Assembly: GCA_965198185.1 (NCBI GenBank)
Contig: CBDAOU010000001.1
Span: 370,212-434,211 of the forward strand
DNA: 64,000 nt
Direction: 5' to 3'
Source: Chloroflexota bacterium
Lineage (GTDB): Bacteria > Chloroflexota > UBA11872
In this document: positions 1-10,700 of the stretch, piece by piece
How positions within the stretch are numbered: the first letter of the stretch is position 1
How the letters are laid out: every line of letters begins with the position of its first letter
Notes under the pieces: generated by a model
Seen by the model: the letters and a program-made list of their open reading frames with translations, nothing else
Told to the model about the DNA's origin: nothing
Databases searched by the model: none
Position numbers and translations under genes: made by a program

Positions 1-368
1 ATCTGACCGCCATCGAGGACGTGCGGCAGGGCATCGGGCTGCGCGCATACGGGCAGCAGGATCCACTGGTGGCCTTCAAGCGCGAGGGCTATCAAATGTT
101 CGAGCAGCTCATGACCACGATGCAGTCCGACATTCTGCGGCGCGTGTTCCGCGCGCAGGTGCAGCAGCAGCTCCCGGCCAGCACCGTGCTGTCGCGGCAC
201 CGCGAGCAAGCCGCCGCAGCGGCGCCGGCGGGGAGCGCCACCCAAGCGCCCGGCAGCGGGGGACAGGCGCCGACCCTGACGCGCCGAGAGCGCAGACGCC
301 GAGCGCGTGACGAGCAGAAGCGCGCCAAGCGCAAGGCGCGGGGCGGCAAGAAAGTCCGGTCCGGCTAG
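1..368 (+). CDS. secA: Preprotein translocase SecA, C-terminal fragment (gene starts before the window)
   Basis: Frame open from nt 3: LTAIEDVRQGIGLRAYGQQDPLVAFKREGYQMFEQL, the conserved SecA C-terminal motif. Ends in a basic tail with no Cys. Directly upstream of prfB. Confidence 0.93.
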   Translation, partial: LTAIEDVRQGIGLRAYGQQDPLVAFKREGYQMFEQLMTTMQSDILRRVFRAQVQQQLPASTVLSRHREQAAAAAPAGSATQAPGSGGQAPTLTRRERRRRARDEQKRAKRKARGGKKVRSG

Positions 369-379
369 GTCGCCGCGCC

Positions 380-1508
380 ATGCCATCCGCCCTCGAAGCC
401 GCCGACGTCCTGCAGTCCGCACGCTCGCTTTGCGACCGCGTGCGTGATTTTCGGGGGCATCTTTGACCTCGCGGCCAACGCCAAGCGCCTGGCCGAGCTG
501 GAGGCGCAAATCGCGGTGCCCGAGTTCTGGGGAGACCAGGTCCGGGCCCGCGACACCATGCGCGAGATCACGCGCCTGAAGTCGCAGATCGAGACTTGGG
601 ACGGGCTGGAAGCCGACGCGGCCGAGGTGCTTGAGCTGGCGGAGCTGGCGGACGCCGATGACGCCGACATGCTCGCCGAAGTCTCATCCGAAGCATCCGC
701 GCTGACGCGCCACCTGGACGCGCTCGAAACGCAGCTGCTGCTGGGCGGGGAATTCGACGCCCACGATGCATTCCTCTCCATCCAGTCGGGAGCGGGCGGG
801 ACGGAAAGCCAGGACTGGGTCGAGATGCTGCTTCGCATGTACTCGCGCTGGACGGAGCGGCGCAAGTACCGCGCCGCCGTGATCGACGTGTCACCCGGCG
901 AAGAGGCGGGCATCAAGAGCGCCACGCTGCAGATCGACGGCGACTTTGCCTACGGCTATCTGAAGGCCGAGCGCGGCGTGCACCGCCTCGTGCGCCAATC
1001 GCCGTTCGACGCCGGCAACCGGCGCCACACGTCATTCGCCCGCGTGGACGTGATCCCGGTGTTGGAAGAGGCCGGAGAAATCGAGATCGACCCGGCCGAC
1101 CTTCGCGTCGAGACGTTTCGGGCCGGCGGGCACGGCGGGCAGTATGTCAACAAGACCGATTCGGCGGTGCGCATCACGCATCAGCCGTCGGGCATCGTGG
1201 CGAGTTCCCAGAACCAGCGGTCGCAGCACCAGAACCGCGAGGTGGCCATGCAGGTGCTGCGCGCGCGCCTGCTGGAACGAGACTTGGCCGCCCGCGAAGC
1301 CGAACAGGTGCGACTGCGCGGCGACCTGAAAGCCGCGGACTTCGGCAGCCAGATCCGCTCGTACGTCCTGCACCCATACCGCATGGTGAAGGACGTGCGC
1401 ACCGGCGTCGAGGTCGGGAACGCGCAGGCCGTGCTGGACGGCAACCTGGATGTCTTCATCGACAGCTACCTGCGAGCAACCGTGCCGTCGACCGTGGAGC
1501 AGCAGTAG
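380..1508 (+). CDS. prfB: Peptide chain release factor 2, needs a programmed +1 frameshift
   Basis: ATG at 380 gives 28 codons ending CTT TGA C (461-467). The +1 frame continues DLAANAKRL..., with the SPF motif (LVRQSPFD) and GGQ (GGHGGQYVNKTDSAVR). Confidence 0.96.
453..467 (+). other. prfB +1 frameshift site (internal SD-like GGGGG, CAT, CTT TGA C)
   Basis: Sequence GGGGGCATCTTTGAC matches the canonical RF2 autoregulatory shift site. Confidence 0.93.
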
Positions 1509-1510
1509 CG

Positions 1511-2812
1511 ATGCGGCACGTTGTGCGAGCCCCACTTGTGGCGATGCTGGTGGCATTGGCGCTCGTCGGGGCGGCGATCGGGTCGGCGGCGGCATCCGAT
1601 CTTGAGTCGGCGGTGCTCACCGCGGACGTGGAGTTTGGCACCGGCATCACGTTTAGCCTCGAAATGCCGCACGACGCCGCGGAGCCCGCCGGCGTCGAGG
1701 TGCGCTACGGGCTCCCGGACGGCATCGTGGTCCGCCGTTCCCCGGCGGACTTTGCCGTTGCCGATGGCGTGCTCCGCGCGTCGTACGCCTGGGAACCGCG
1801 TAGCCCGCTGGTCGTCGGCACCGAGGTCGAATACCGGTTCGTCATACGTTCGGACGATGGGACGGAGGCTCGAACCGCCGCCGCAATTGCCAGCTATATC
1901 GACGCGTCGTTGCCCTGGACAACCGCCGACGAAGGCAAAGTTGAGATCTGGTATTACGCCGGCGGGGAGGCGATCGAGGCCGACGCCCGGGCCGGGATCC
2001 GCGCGGCGCTCGACATCTTGCGCGATAGTTTCGGCGCCGAGCTCGAGCGACCGACGCGGCTGATCCTCTACGCCGACATCGAGCGCATGCGTCGAGCCTT
2101 GGGCGGCGGCACCAGTCCATGGGTCGGCGGCGCCGCCATCGCCAACTTCAACGTGACCGTGCTGCATGCCCCGGCAGAAAACCGGAATCCGCTAGACCTT
2201 CAGGCCACGGTTGCGCACGAGATCACACATATCGTCCTGGAACATCGCACGGGCAACTCGTTCGGGGGCTTGCCGGCCTGGCTCCACGAGGGCCTGGCCA
2301 CCACGGTCGAGTCGGAAATCGTGGCGCGGTTCCCGTACGACGACATCATGACCCGTATCGTGGCGCAGGATGAATTCGTTTCCCTGCGCGGCATCACCGG
2401 CAGCTTCCCGGCGGCCAGTCGTGCGGCCTTGAACGCGTATGCGCAGAGCAACTCGCTGGTGGCGTACATCATCGAGACTTGGGGGCGAGAGGGCGTTGCG
2501 CAGTTGCTGGAGGCGTATGCGGGCGGAGTGTCGGACAACGAGGCCGTGCAGGCGGCCCTGGGCATCTCGCTCGAGGAGCTCGATCGCGCTTGGCTCGGAA
2601 CGTACGGCGTGGTGAGTCCATCGTTTGCGTCGCTGACTCAGTCCAGTCTCGCCGCCGTGGTGGTACCGCCGGGCGACGACGGGACACCGCCTGCCGCACC
2701 GGCGCCCTCCCTAGTTGCCGCATCGGCGGCCGCTCTTGCCGTTTTGGCAGCCGTGGCGACCATGCTCATGGTCCGGCGCGGACGCATTGCGCGCGGATAT
2801 GCTCGCTACTAA
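1511..2812 (+). CDS. Peptidase MA-like zinc metallopeptidase, signal peptide and C-terminal membrane anchor
   Basis: HExxH (AHEITH), then LPAWLHEGLA and AYAQSNSLV. Hydrophobic N- and C-termini. Confidence 0.8.
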   Translation: MRHVVRAPLVAMLVALALVGAAIGSAAASDLESAVLTADVEFGTGITFSLEMPHDAAEPAGVEVRYGLPDGIVVRRSPADFAVADGVLRASYAWEPRSPLVVGTEVEYRFVIRSDDGTEARTAAAIASYIDASLPWTTADEGKVEIWYYAGGEAIEADARAGIRAALDILRDSFGAELERPTRLILYADIERMRRALGGGTSPWVGGAAIANFNVTVLHAPAENRNPLDLQATVAHEITHIVLEHRTGNSFGGLPAWLHEGLATTVESEIVARFPYDDIMTRIVAQDEFVSLRGITGSFPAASRAALNAYAQSNSLVAYIIETWGREGVAQLLEAYAGGVSDNEAVQAALGISLEELDRAWLGTYGVVSPSFASLTQSSLAAVVVPPGDDGTPPAAPAPSLVAASAAALAVLAAVATMLMVRRGRIARGYARY

Positions 2813-2878
2813 CGTGATCCGAGACCGCACGATCCAGCATCTCTGGGCAACGATGCGTTGGCGGCGCGGGCGACGGCC

Positions 2879-3559
2879 ATGATCGTTCTGGAGGACGTGC
2901 ACAAGGTCTACCCGAACGGCACGCAAGCGCTCAACGGGGTCAGCCTTGAGATCCCCGAGCGTGACTTTGCGTTCCTGGTGGGGCCAAGCGGCGCGGGCAA
3001 GACGACCATCGTTCGGCTGATCAACCGTGATGAGACGGTGACCACGGGCAGCGTGTTCGTCGAAGCCACCGACGTGACCCGGTTGCGGCGCCGGGATGTG
3101 CCGCACCTGCGCCGGCGCGTGGGGGTTATCTATCAGGACTACAAGCTGTTGCCCTCGTTGACGGTTCGCCAAAACGTCGAGTTCGTGCTGAAAGCCACGA
3201 GCGAGTTCGATCACCTGTCCGACGGGCTGGTGGAAGAGACGCTCGCGACCGTGGGGCTTACCCGGCGAACCAACCACTACCCGCATCAACTTTCGGGAGG
3301 CGAACAGCAACGAACGGCCATTGCCCGCGCGCTTGTGCGGCGGTGTCCGATTCTGGTGGCCGACGAGCCAACGGGGAATCTCGATCAGGAATCCGGCTGG
3401 GAGACTATCCAACTGCTGGTCCAGCTCAATGCGCGGGGCACCACGGTGGTCATCGCCACCCACAACCGCACGCTGGTCGACACGATGCGACGGCGGGTGA
3501 TTGAAATCGCGCGCGGCCAGGTGGTACGGGACGAGCCTGAGGGTGGCTACGATGGCTAG
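2879..3559 (+). CDS. ftsE: Cell division ATP-binding protein FtsE
   Basis: [14 protein letters not shown], Walker [29 protein letters not shown]. Precedes ftsX. ATG 2879 preferred to TTG 2858. Confidence 0.9.
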   Translation: MIVLEDVHKVYPNGTQALNGVSLEIPERDFAFLVGPSGAGKTTIVRLINRDETVTTGSVFVEATDVTRLRRRDVPHLRRRVGVIYQDYKLLPSLTVRQNVEFVLKATSEFDHLSDGLVEETLATVGLTRRTNHYPHQLSGGEQQRTAIARALVRRCPILVADEPTGNLDQESGWETIQLLVQLNARGTTVVIATHNRTLVDTMRRRVIEIARGQVVRDEPEGGYDG

Positions 3560-4442
3560 GCTGCATGTCGGGCGCTACCTGCTCGGCGCAGCGCTCACGG
3601 GGATTTGGCGCAACCGCACCATGACAGGCGGCGCCATTGTCACCACGGCCATCATGCTCATCACGCTGGCCGGATTTCTGGCCATCAACGACACCCTGAA
3701 TCAGATGGTGACGGCGCTGGGACGCAAGAGCAATCTGATTGCCTATGTGCGCGACGAGGCGCGGCCCACCCAGGTGATGGCGATCATCGACGATCTGCGT
3801 ACGCGGCCCGGCGTCGGTGAAGTCCAGTTCGTATCCAAGGAGGACGCGCTTGAGATATTCGAGTCGCGGTTCGTGGATCAGCGCGACATCCTGGACGTGT
3901 TGCAGAGCAACCCGCTGCCGGCCAGTGTCGAGCTGCGCCTGAACGATCCGTCCGTCGTACCCGAGCTGGCGCAGGAGCTGCAAGGCATGCCCACGGTCTT
4001 CGACGACGTGGTGGTGCCGCTCGACGTGGTTGAAGAGGTGATCGGGATTTCCAACCTCGCCCGCGTCGCCGGGTCGGTCATCATCATCGCGCTTACCGGC
4101 GTCACGCTCTTCGTCATCGTCAATACGATTCGGATCGCCGTGTTCGCGCGGCGACAGGAAATCGAAATCATGAAGCTGGTGGGCGCCACGGATTGGTTCG
4201 TGCGCGGGCCCTTTGTGGCTGAGGGAGCGATCATCGGCGGCGTGGGCGCGGGCATTGCGGCCATCGCGCTGGTTGTGCTTTACGCCCAGGCCGCGCCGGT
4301 GGTCACACGGATCGTGTCCTTCCTTCCGGTGTCGACGGACACCGATTTCGTGCGCAACCTGGCGGTCTTCACGCTTCTCGTGGGGCTGATCGTCGGCAGC
4401 CTGGGCAGCTACTTCTCGGTTCGCCGCTACCTATCGGTGTAG
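3552..4442 (+). CDS. ftsX: Cell division permease FtsX
   Basis: Four TM segments with a large first loop (VSKEDAL, NPLPASVEL); RRQEIEIMKLVGATDWFVRGPF. ATG 3552 overlaps the end of ftsE. Confidence 0.92.
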   Translation: MARLHVGRYLLGAALTGIWRNRTMTGGAIVTTAIMLITLAGFLAINDTLNQMVTALGRKSNLIAYVRDEARPTQVMAIIDDLRTRPGVGEVQFVSKEDALEIFESRFVDQRDILDVLQSNPLPASVELRLNDPSVVPELAQELQGMPTVFDDVVVPLDVVEEVIGISNLARVAGSVIIIALTGVTLFVIVNTIRIAVFARRQEIEIMKLVGATDWFVRGPFVAEGAIIGGVGAGIAAIALVVLYAQAAPVVTRIVSFLPVSTDTDFVRNLAVFTLLVGLIVGSLGSYFSVRRYLSV

Positions 4443-4452
4443 GGCGCGCCGC

Positions 4453-5151
4453 GTGATCGTGCTGCAGTCGGTCGCGAAGAGCTACGGCGACGTGCGGGCC
4501 GTGAATGGCGTGACCCTGGCGATTGCGCGCGGCGAGTTCGCGTTTCTGATGGGCACGAACGGCGCGGGCAAGACGACGCTGCTGCGCCTGATTTCTCGCG
4601 AGGAACAGCCCGATGCCGGCGTCGTCCTCGTCGGGGGCGGCAACACAGCTGAACTGAGCGGGTCGCAACTGACGCGGCTGCGGCGGCGCATGGGCGTGGT
4701 GTACCAGGACACGCGCCTGCTGCCGAACGCCACGGTGGCCGAGAACGTCGCGCTGCCGCTGCGCGTGCGAGGCATGGGCGGCTCGTCCGTGGCGTCTGAC
4801 GTGACGGCGGTGCTGGAGCGCGTTGGGCTGGCCGACAAGGAGGCGCGCTTTCCCCGCGAGCTTTCAGGCGGCGAGCAGCGCAAGGTGGCCATTGCGCGCG
4901 CGGTGGTGGCAAACCCCGAGATCTTGCTCTGCGACGAGCCGACGGAGAGCCTGAGCGTCGAGCGGGCGGCGGAGATCGTGGACCTGCTGCTGGATATCAA
5001 CGCTGACGGCGTAACCACCGTTGTCGCCACGCATGATGCGGGCACGGTGAACCGTCTGCGCCGGCGCGTGATCCATATGGATGACGGCTGTGTGCAATCG
5101 GACACGTTGGTGGGCTCCGCCCAGCCCCATCCCACGAACGGACCGGGCTAG
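4453..5151 (+). CDS. Second FtsE-like ABC ATPase
   Basis: Walker A GTNGAGKT, VVYQD, LSGGEQRK, LCDEPT, ATHD. Clearly similar to the 2879-3559 protein. No own permease. Confidence 0.85.
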   Translation: MIVLQSVAKSYGDVRAVNGVTLAIARGEFAFLMGTNGAGKTTLLRLISREEQPDAGVVLVGGGNTAELSGSQLTRLRRRMGVVYQDTRLLPNATVAENVALPLRVRGMGGSSVASDVTAVLERVGLADKEARFPRELSGGEQRKVAIARAVVANPEILLCDEPTESLSVERAAEIVDLLLDINADGVTTVVATHDAGTVNRLRRRVIHMDDGCVQSDTLVGSAQPHPTNGPG

Positions 5152-5261
5152 GACCTCGCCGGCCTGATCGGAGTTCCGCGGGGCGTCACGGCGGGCTTTG
5201 CCACAGATCCGGACCCGCCGCTGCGCTAGGGTTTGGGCAGAGAGAGCCGAGGGGTCTTCGC

Positions 5262-6512
5262 ATGAGCCGCAAGCTCCGGATGGCCACGCTGATAACGGTC
5301 GCCGTCGTTGCCATATGGGCAGTGTTCAGCGCGGGCTTCGTCACCGGGACCGTCGCGGGCGACCAGGGGTTTCAACCGCTGGCCCAGCTGGCCGGCGACG
5401 CTCCGCCCGAGCCGCCTGCCGATTTTGACGATGTGGATTTTGCGGTGTTCTGGGAGGCGTGGACCGTCATTCAGAAGCACTTTTACGGCGGCCCCCTTGA
5501 CCCGGAGGCGCTGCGGGAGGGCGCGATTCGCGGGATGGCCGAGGCGACCGAGGACCGCCACACGGTCTACCAGAACTTCGAAGAGGCCGAGCGCTCGCGT
5601 GAGCGGATCCGCGGCAGCTTCGTTGGCGTGGGCATCCGCATCGAGCTTCGCGACGGACTCCCCTACATCATCACGCCCTTGCCGGGCTCGCCGGCTGAGC
5701 GCGCCGGGATTCGCGCCAACGAATTCATCGTCGCCGTGGACGGGGTGCCGACGCACGGCATGGCGCTGGCCGAGTTCGGCGAGCGGGTGCGCGGCGAGCG
5801 AGGGACGACCGTCGTCCTCACGTTGCGGCCGGAGGGCAGCGACGTTTCGCGCGACGTAACCGTGGAGCGTGACCGCATTATCGTGCCGTCGGTCACCAAG
5901 GATCGGTTCGACGAGATCGGCTACGTGCGCATTGCGAACTTCGGCAGACGTACGTCCAGCGAACTGCGGCAGGCCCTGGACGAGCTGTGGGCGGAAGGCA
6001 TCACGGCGCTGGTGCTCGACCTGCGCAACAACCCGGGCGGGCTGCTCGACGCCAGCGTCAAGGTAGCGGCCCAGTTCATGGACCAGGGCCAGACCATCCT
6101 GATCCAAGAACACCGCCATGAGGGTCGGACACGCTGGCGGGTGCAGGACGAGGGGGGCGATACCACGACCCCGATGTTGGTGCTTGTCAACGGCGGATCG
6201 GCCAGTGCGTCAGAAATCGTGGCCGGCGCCCTCCAAGCGCACGGGCGCGCGCAGCTGATGGGCGAGGAGACGTTTGGCAAAGGCTCCATGCAGGAGTTGC
6301 ATCAGCTGTCTGACGAGTCGGTCATGCGGGTGACGAGTGGCATTTGGATCACGCCCAATGACGTCAATCTCAACGACGAGGGGCTGATGCCCGACTTGCC
6401 GCGGGCATCCTCGGACGGCCCGTACGGCGGGGCGGATGACGCGCTGCTGCAGGCGGCGCTGAGCCGCCTCCGTGTCCATCGGCTTCCGGTCTGGGATCCG
6501 ACGCTGCCGTAG
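5262..6512 (+). CDS. ctpA: Carboxyl-terminal processing protease (S41A, PDZ domain)
   Basis: FVGVGIRI, PGSPAERAGI, LDLRNNPGG, catalytic SASASEIVAGALQ and GKGSMQ. Confidence 0.9.
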   Translation: MSRKLRMATLITVAVVAIWAVFSAGFVTGTVAGDQGFQPLAQLAGDAPPEPPADFDDVDFAVFWEAWTVIQKHFYGGPLDPEALREGAIRGMAEATEDRHTVYQNFEEAERSRERIRGSFVGVGIRIELRDGLPYIITPLPGSPAERAGIRANEFIVAVDGVPTHGMALAEFGERVRGERGTTVVLTLRPEGSDVSRDVTVERDRIIVPSVTKDRFDEIGYVRIANFGRRTSSELRQALDELWAEGITALVLDLRNNPGGLLDASVKVAAQFMDQGQTILIQEHRHEGRTRWRVQDEGGDTTTPMLVLVNGGSASASEIVAGALQAHGRAQLMGEETFGKGSMQELHQLSDESVMRVTSGIWITPNDVNLNDEGLMPDLPRASSDGPYGGADDALLQAALSRLRVHRLPVWDPTLP

Positions 6513-6566
6513 CGGGACAGGGGGCGACGACAGGGAGCGGCGTGGCGGAATAGTGACTGGCGGCTG

Positions 6567-7721
6567 CTATCCGCTCGGTGGCTCCAGCTGCGCCGCGCCG
6601 GGTATGGCCACCGTGAGCCGCACGCTGAACCCGCGCGGCACGCGCGCCCCGGCGCCGGGCTCCTGCTCCATGATCTGCTCGTCGACCACGCCCGCCGTTG
6701 GCAGCCGGGTGAGCGCGCCGATGAACAGGCCGCGATCGAGAAGCTCGCGCTCGGCGGCGGCGGCCGAAAGGCCGCGCAACTCGGGCATCTCGATCTCACC
6801 CACCCGAACGACGGTCAGCTCGATCTCGCTGCCGCGGGCGATGGACGCACCGGGCTCGGGATGCTGGGATTCCACGACGCCGTTCGGCACGCTGCCGGTC
6901 TCCTTGTAGGTAACCTCGCCCAGCACCAGACCAGCCAGCTCGACCGCACGGCGCGCGTCGTCTTCGGAGCGGCCGGCAAGCGGGGGCACCGTTACGGTTT
7001 CGACGCCGCGGCTGAGGTGCAAGACCACCGCCGAGCGCCGGTTGATGACGCTGCCGGCGATCGGATCCTGCCGCAGCACATGGTCGGCCGGCACGTCACG
7101 GCTGAACGCCGCGACCTCGAGAACCTGGAAACCGCCGGTGGCGAGCCGGGCGCGAGCCGCTTCGGCAGACAAGCCCACCACGCTGGGCACGGGCGCCTGG
7201 GGCTGCCCCAGACTGAGCGTGGCCCGCAGCGACTCGCTGGTGTCATGGAGGCTGCCAGCCTCGGGTGTTTGCCGGCTGACGAGACCCTGCTCCACGGTCT
7301 CGCTGAAGTCTTCGTCGAAGACGATGCGAAACGACGCGCCAGCAGCCGCGACTTCGGCGGCCGGGCGCGTCAGCCCCAGCAGTTCCGGCACGGTTGCTTG
7401 GGCCGCCCGGCTGTCCTCGGCACGCGGCACGAGCAACTCGCCCGCATTCGCCGTCTCGGGCGCCGGGGCGAGGATGTACTGGGCCTCGCTCAGCAACTCG
7501 TCCACGCCCTCGACCGGGTTGCCGATGACCGCCAAGACGAGGGAAAAGGCCACGGCTCCCGCGGCCGTCGCGCTGAGCAACAGCCACGCGCGCGGTGACG
7601 CCGTACGGCTCTCGGGCGCCGGCCGGCGCGCCACCGGCAGGCGCCGGTGGCGGCCCATGGGGCGGCGTGCCGTCCGCGCCAGCAGCGCGGCCCATCGGCG
7701 CCTCGGGCGATGCCCGGTCAT
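6567..7721 (-). CDS. Membrane-anchored multi-PASTA-domain protein without kinase domain
   Basis: Basic N-terminus, one TM, then about four repeats of the type VPxxxGxxxxxA...V..Q.P..G. Confidence 0.8.
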   Translation of the reverse strand: MTGHRPRRRWAALLARTARRPMGRHRRLPVARRPAPESRTASPRAWLLLSATAAGAVAFSLVLAVIGNPVEGVDELLSEAQYILAPAPETANAGELLVPRAEDSRAAQATVPELLGLTRPAAEVAAAGASFRIVFDEDFSETVEQGLVSRQTPEAGSLHDTSESLRATLSLGQPQAPVPSVVGLSAEAARARLATGGFQVLEVAAFSRDVPADHVLRQDPIAGSVINRRSAVVLHLSRGVETVTVPPLAGRSEDDARRAVELAGLVLGEVTYKETGSVPNGVVESQHPEPGASIARGSEIELTVVRVGEIEMPELRGLSAAAAERELLDRGLFIGALTRLPTAGVVDEQIMEQEPGAGARVPRGFSVRLTVAIPGAAQLEPPSG

Positions 7722-7738
7722 GCTCGTTCCTGTGCTGG

Positions 7739-10700
7739 CTAGGTTAGGGAGGACGCTTTTACGGACGCCGCCCGGCCGTTGGCGGCGTGGTGACCATTCA
7801 CGCCGTTTGCCGCGGCGCCGTTCAGCGACAGTGAGAGGAGGTCTGACACGCCCTCCTCCTGCATGGTCACACCGTAGATCGCGGAGGCGGACTCGACCGT
7901 GATGGCATTGTGCGTGATCACCAGGATCTGGCTGCGTTCGGACAGCCGGTGCAGCTGACGGCAGAACCGCCCCACGTTGGCATCGTCAAGCGCGGCATCG
8001 ACTTCGTCGAGCACGCAGAACGGGCTTTGGCGCACGTGAAGCAGCGCCATGATCAACGCCGTTGCCACCAGCGCGCGCTCGCCGCCGGATAGGGCCGCCA
8101 GTTCCTGCTGCCGCCGACCGGGGAGCTTGACGTGGAATTCGACGCCGGTGGTCTCCACGTCATCGGGCGCGGTGAGCACCATGGTGGCCGAGCCTCCGCC
8201 GAAGAGCTCGCGGAAGAGCCGGCTGAAGTGGGCGTTGATTGCGTCGAAAGTAGTGACGAATTGGCTATGCAGCTCCCGCTGCAGGCGGGCCGTGAGGGCC
8301 CGTAGATTCGCCTCCGCGCCTTCAAGATCGGCAATCTGCGCCCGAGCATCGTCGACGCGCGCCTGCTGCTCCCGATAGGCCTCGGGCGCCAGCGGATTCA
8401 GCGGGCCCAGCTGGGCGAGGTCGCGGCGCAAGTCGGCCGCCCGCCGTTCGACTCGTCCGAGCGGCTCGTCCAGCTGCTGTGGCGTCAGGTCGGCGAGGTC
8501 GAGATCGTCGCGCGCGGCGCGGCGCAAGTCGGCCTGCCGCTCGGCCAGCCGCTCGGTCTCACGTTGGGCGGCAGTGAGGTCATCGCCCACGCGACGCTCT
8601 TCGTCGGCCCGCTGGCCGGCCTCCAAGTACAGCCGCTGCGCGGTCAGGCGAACCTCGAGCAATTGGCGCTCCGCTTCCCGCACCGCCTCCCGCGCGGCCT
8701 CGGCCGCGACGGTGGCGTTGTCGAGTTCGGCGCCAATGGCGTCGCATTCCTCGCGGGCGGCCGTGCGCGTGGCCGCGATCTCGTCGGCGAGCGCCGCCGC
8801 CTGCTCGCGCTCGGCGGCTAGTTCTTCAAGAAGTGCCGCACGGGTGCCGTGGCGATCGCGGAGCTCGGCGACCCGCGCCGTGTCGGCCCGCTGATCGGCC
8901 GCCGCCGCCGCGTGCTCGCGCTCCAATGCCGCGAGGTCACCCGGTGCCTGGGCCGCCGTGGTCGACGCGTGCGGCAGGGCGTCGAGCGCACGCCGGACAT
9001 CCCCGCGCTCGTCCGCTAGGCGTCCCAGCTCGGCGTCCAGCGCCTTGAGACGCGCCACGGCGTGCGAACGCCGCTCCGCCAGGGTGGTTACCCGGGCCGA
9101 GAGTCGCTCCGCCTCCACCGCCGCCGCCGTGAGCGCCTCGCGGGCCGCGTTGTGGGCGGCGGTCCGCTCGGTGCGGGCCGCTTGCGCGGCATCGGCGCGC
9201 ACCACGGCTGCCTGCGCGGCTTCGGAGGCCGACTTCAGTGCTCTCGCCGAATCGTCGCGATCCCGGACCGCCTGCACAATGGCTTTGCCAATGCTCTCGA
9301 GACGTTCGGCGACGGGATCGGTGGTTGTTTCCGTCAGGCCGATCCGAATTGACCCGTCTATTTCGATGGCGGCACCGGTCAACGCCACGACCATGGGCAT
9401 CGGGCCGTTCTTGGCGTGGGCTGCGCGGACACGCAGCGCCGCATCGAGATCGGCCACCACAACAATATGTCGCAGCAGCGGCCGCAGACTGGCGTCACTG
9501 ACCTTCACGTGGGCGTCGAGGCTGCCGAGCACGTCGGGGTCCGCCCGCAATGCGTCGGAAACCGCCGGGGCCCCGGGGGCGTCGAGGAGACGCAGTCGCG
9601 CCGGAGCCAGATCCAGCGCACGAATGGCGGCGCCAGCCGCCGATACGTCGGTGGAAGCGCGAATCATCCAGTCGTCGAGCGTGTTGGCGAGCGCGGACTC
9701 CAGCAGGGGCTCATCGCGCGTGGGCGTGCCCCGCAGCATGTCGCGCAGCCGCCCAAGCACGCCGGGCACCCGCTCGCGCAGCGCCGCGTCGGACGATCCG
9801 GATTCGCGTTGCGACGACTTGGCGGTCCGCAGGGCGCGCTGCTCGGCCTGGAGGGTTGCCAGGCGGCTGGCATGGTCGGCCAGCAGACGCTCGGCGGCTG
9901 CATGGTCGTTGGCTCGCAACTGGTGCACGCCCTGCGCTGCGCTGGCTTCGGCCTCGGCCGTCTCGGCCTCGGCGGCTGCCTGCTTGACCCGCTCGCGCGC
10001 GGCCGCCGCCCGCTGCGTGCCGGCCGCAGCCTCCTGCTCCGCCACATGCTGGGCCTGCGCCAAGCTGGACTGCTCGCCGGCAAGGCGGGATTGTTCGCTT
10101 GCCAATTGTTCGGTGCGTTCCCGCAGCATCGCGTCGCGTGCGCCGAGCTCTGCCAGCTTGCTCGTGTACGCGTGCCGTGCGTCGGCCGCAGCCCGCGCAT
10201 CGGTGAGCGCGGCGGCAAGCTGAGCCAGACGCTCGGCGCGGCGTTCCGCCTGCCGCTCCAGCTCACGGCGCTTGAGGTCCTCTTGCGCGGATTCGGCCTC
10301 AAGTGCTGCCCGGCGGGCGTCAAGCACGCGCACCCGCTCGGGCAGGTCGGCGGTGCGAGCCTCGAGGTGCACCAGTCGCTCGCGCAGCTGTTGTAGACGG
10401 CCCTCAAGCGCATTCAGCGCGCGGAAGGCCTCGGTTTCTTCATCGCGGCGCTGCCGCAGCTGCGCGTCTTGGCTCTGCGCGTCGAGATCGGCTGCCGACG
10501 CTTGCCGTCGCAGCTCGTCCGCGGGTGTCGCCGTGAGCGCCGCCATGCGCCGCGCCACGGCTTGCTCGCGCTCCTCGGCTTCGGCGATTTGTCGGACGAC
10601 CGTGTCAAGCCGGTGTCGCAGCATCGCGATGCGCGCGACCCGCAACTCCGATTCGAGCTCCCGGCCTTGCTCCGCAATCTCAGCCTGGCGCCGGAGCGTC

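Noticed and set aside
444-1508. prfB starting at GTG 444 as in the ORF track; the frameshift as a novelty
   Set aside because: The real start is ATG 380 with the canonical CTT TGA C shift, a well-known autoregulatory mechanism.
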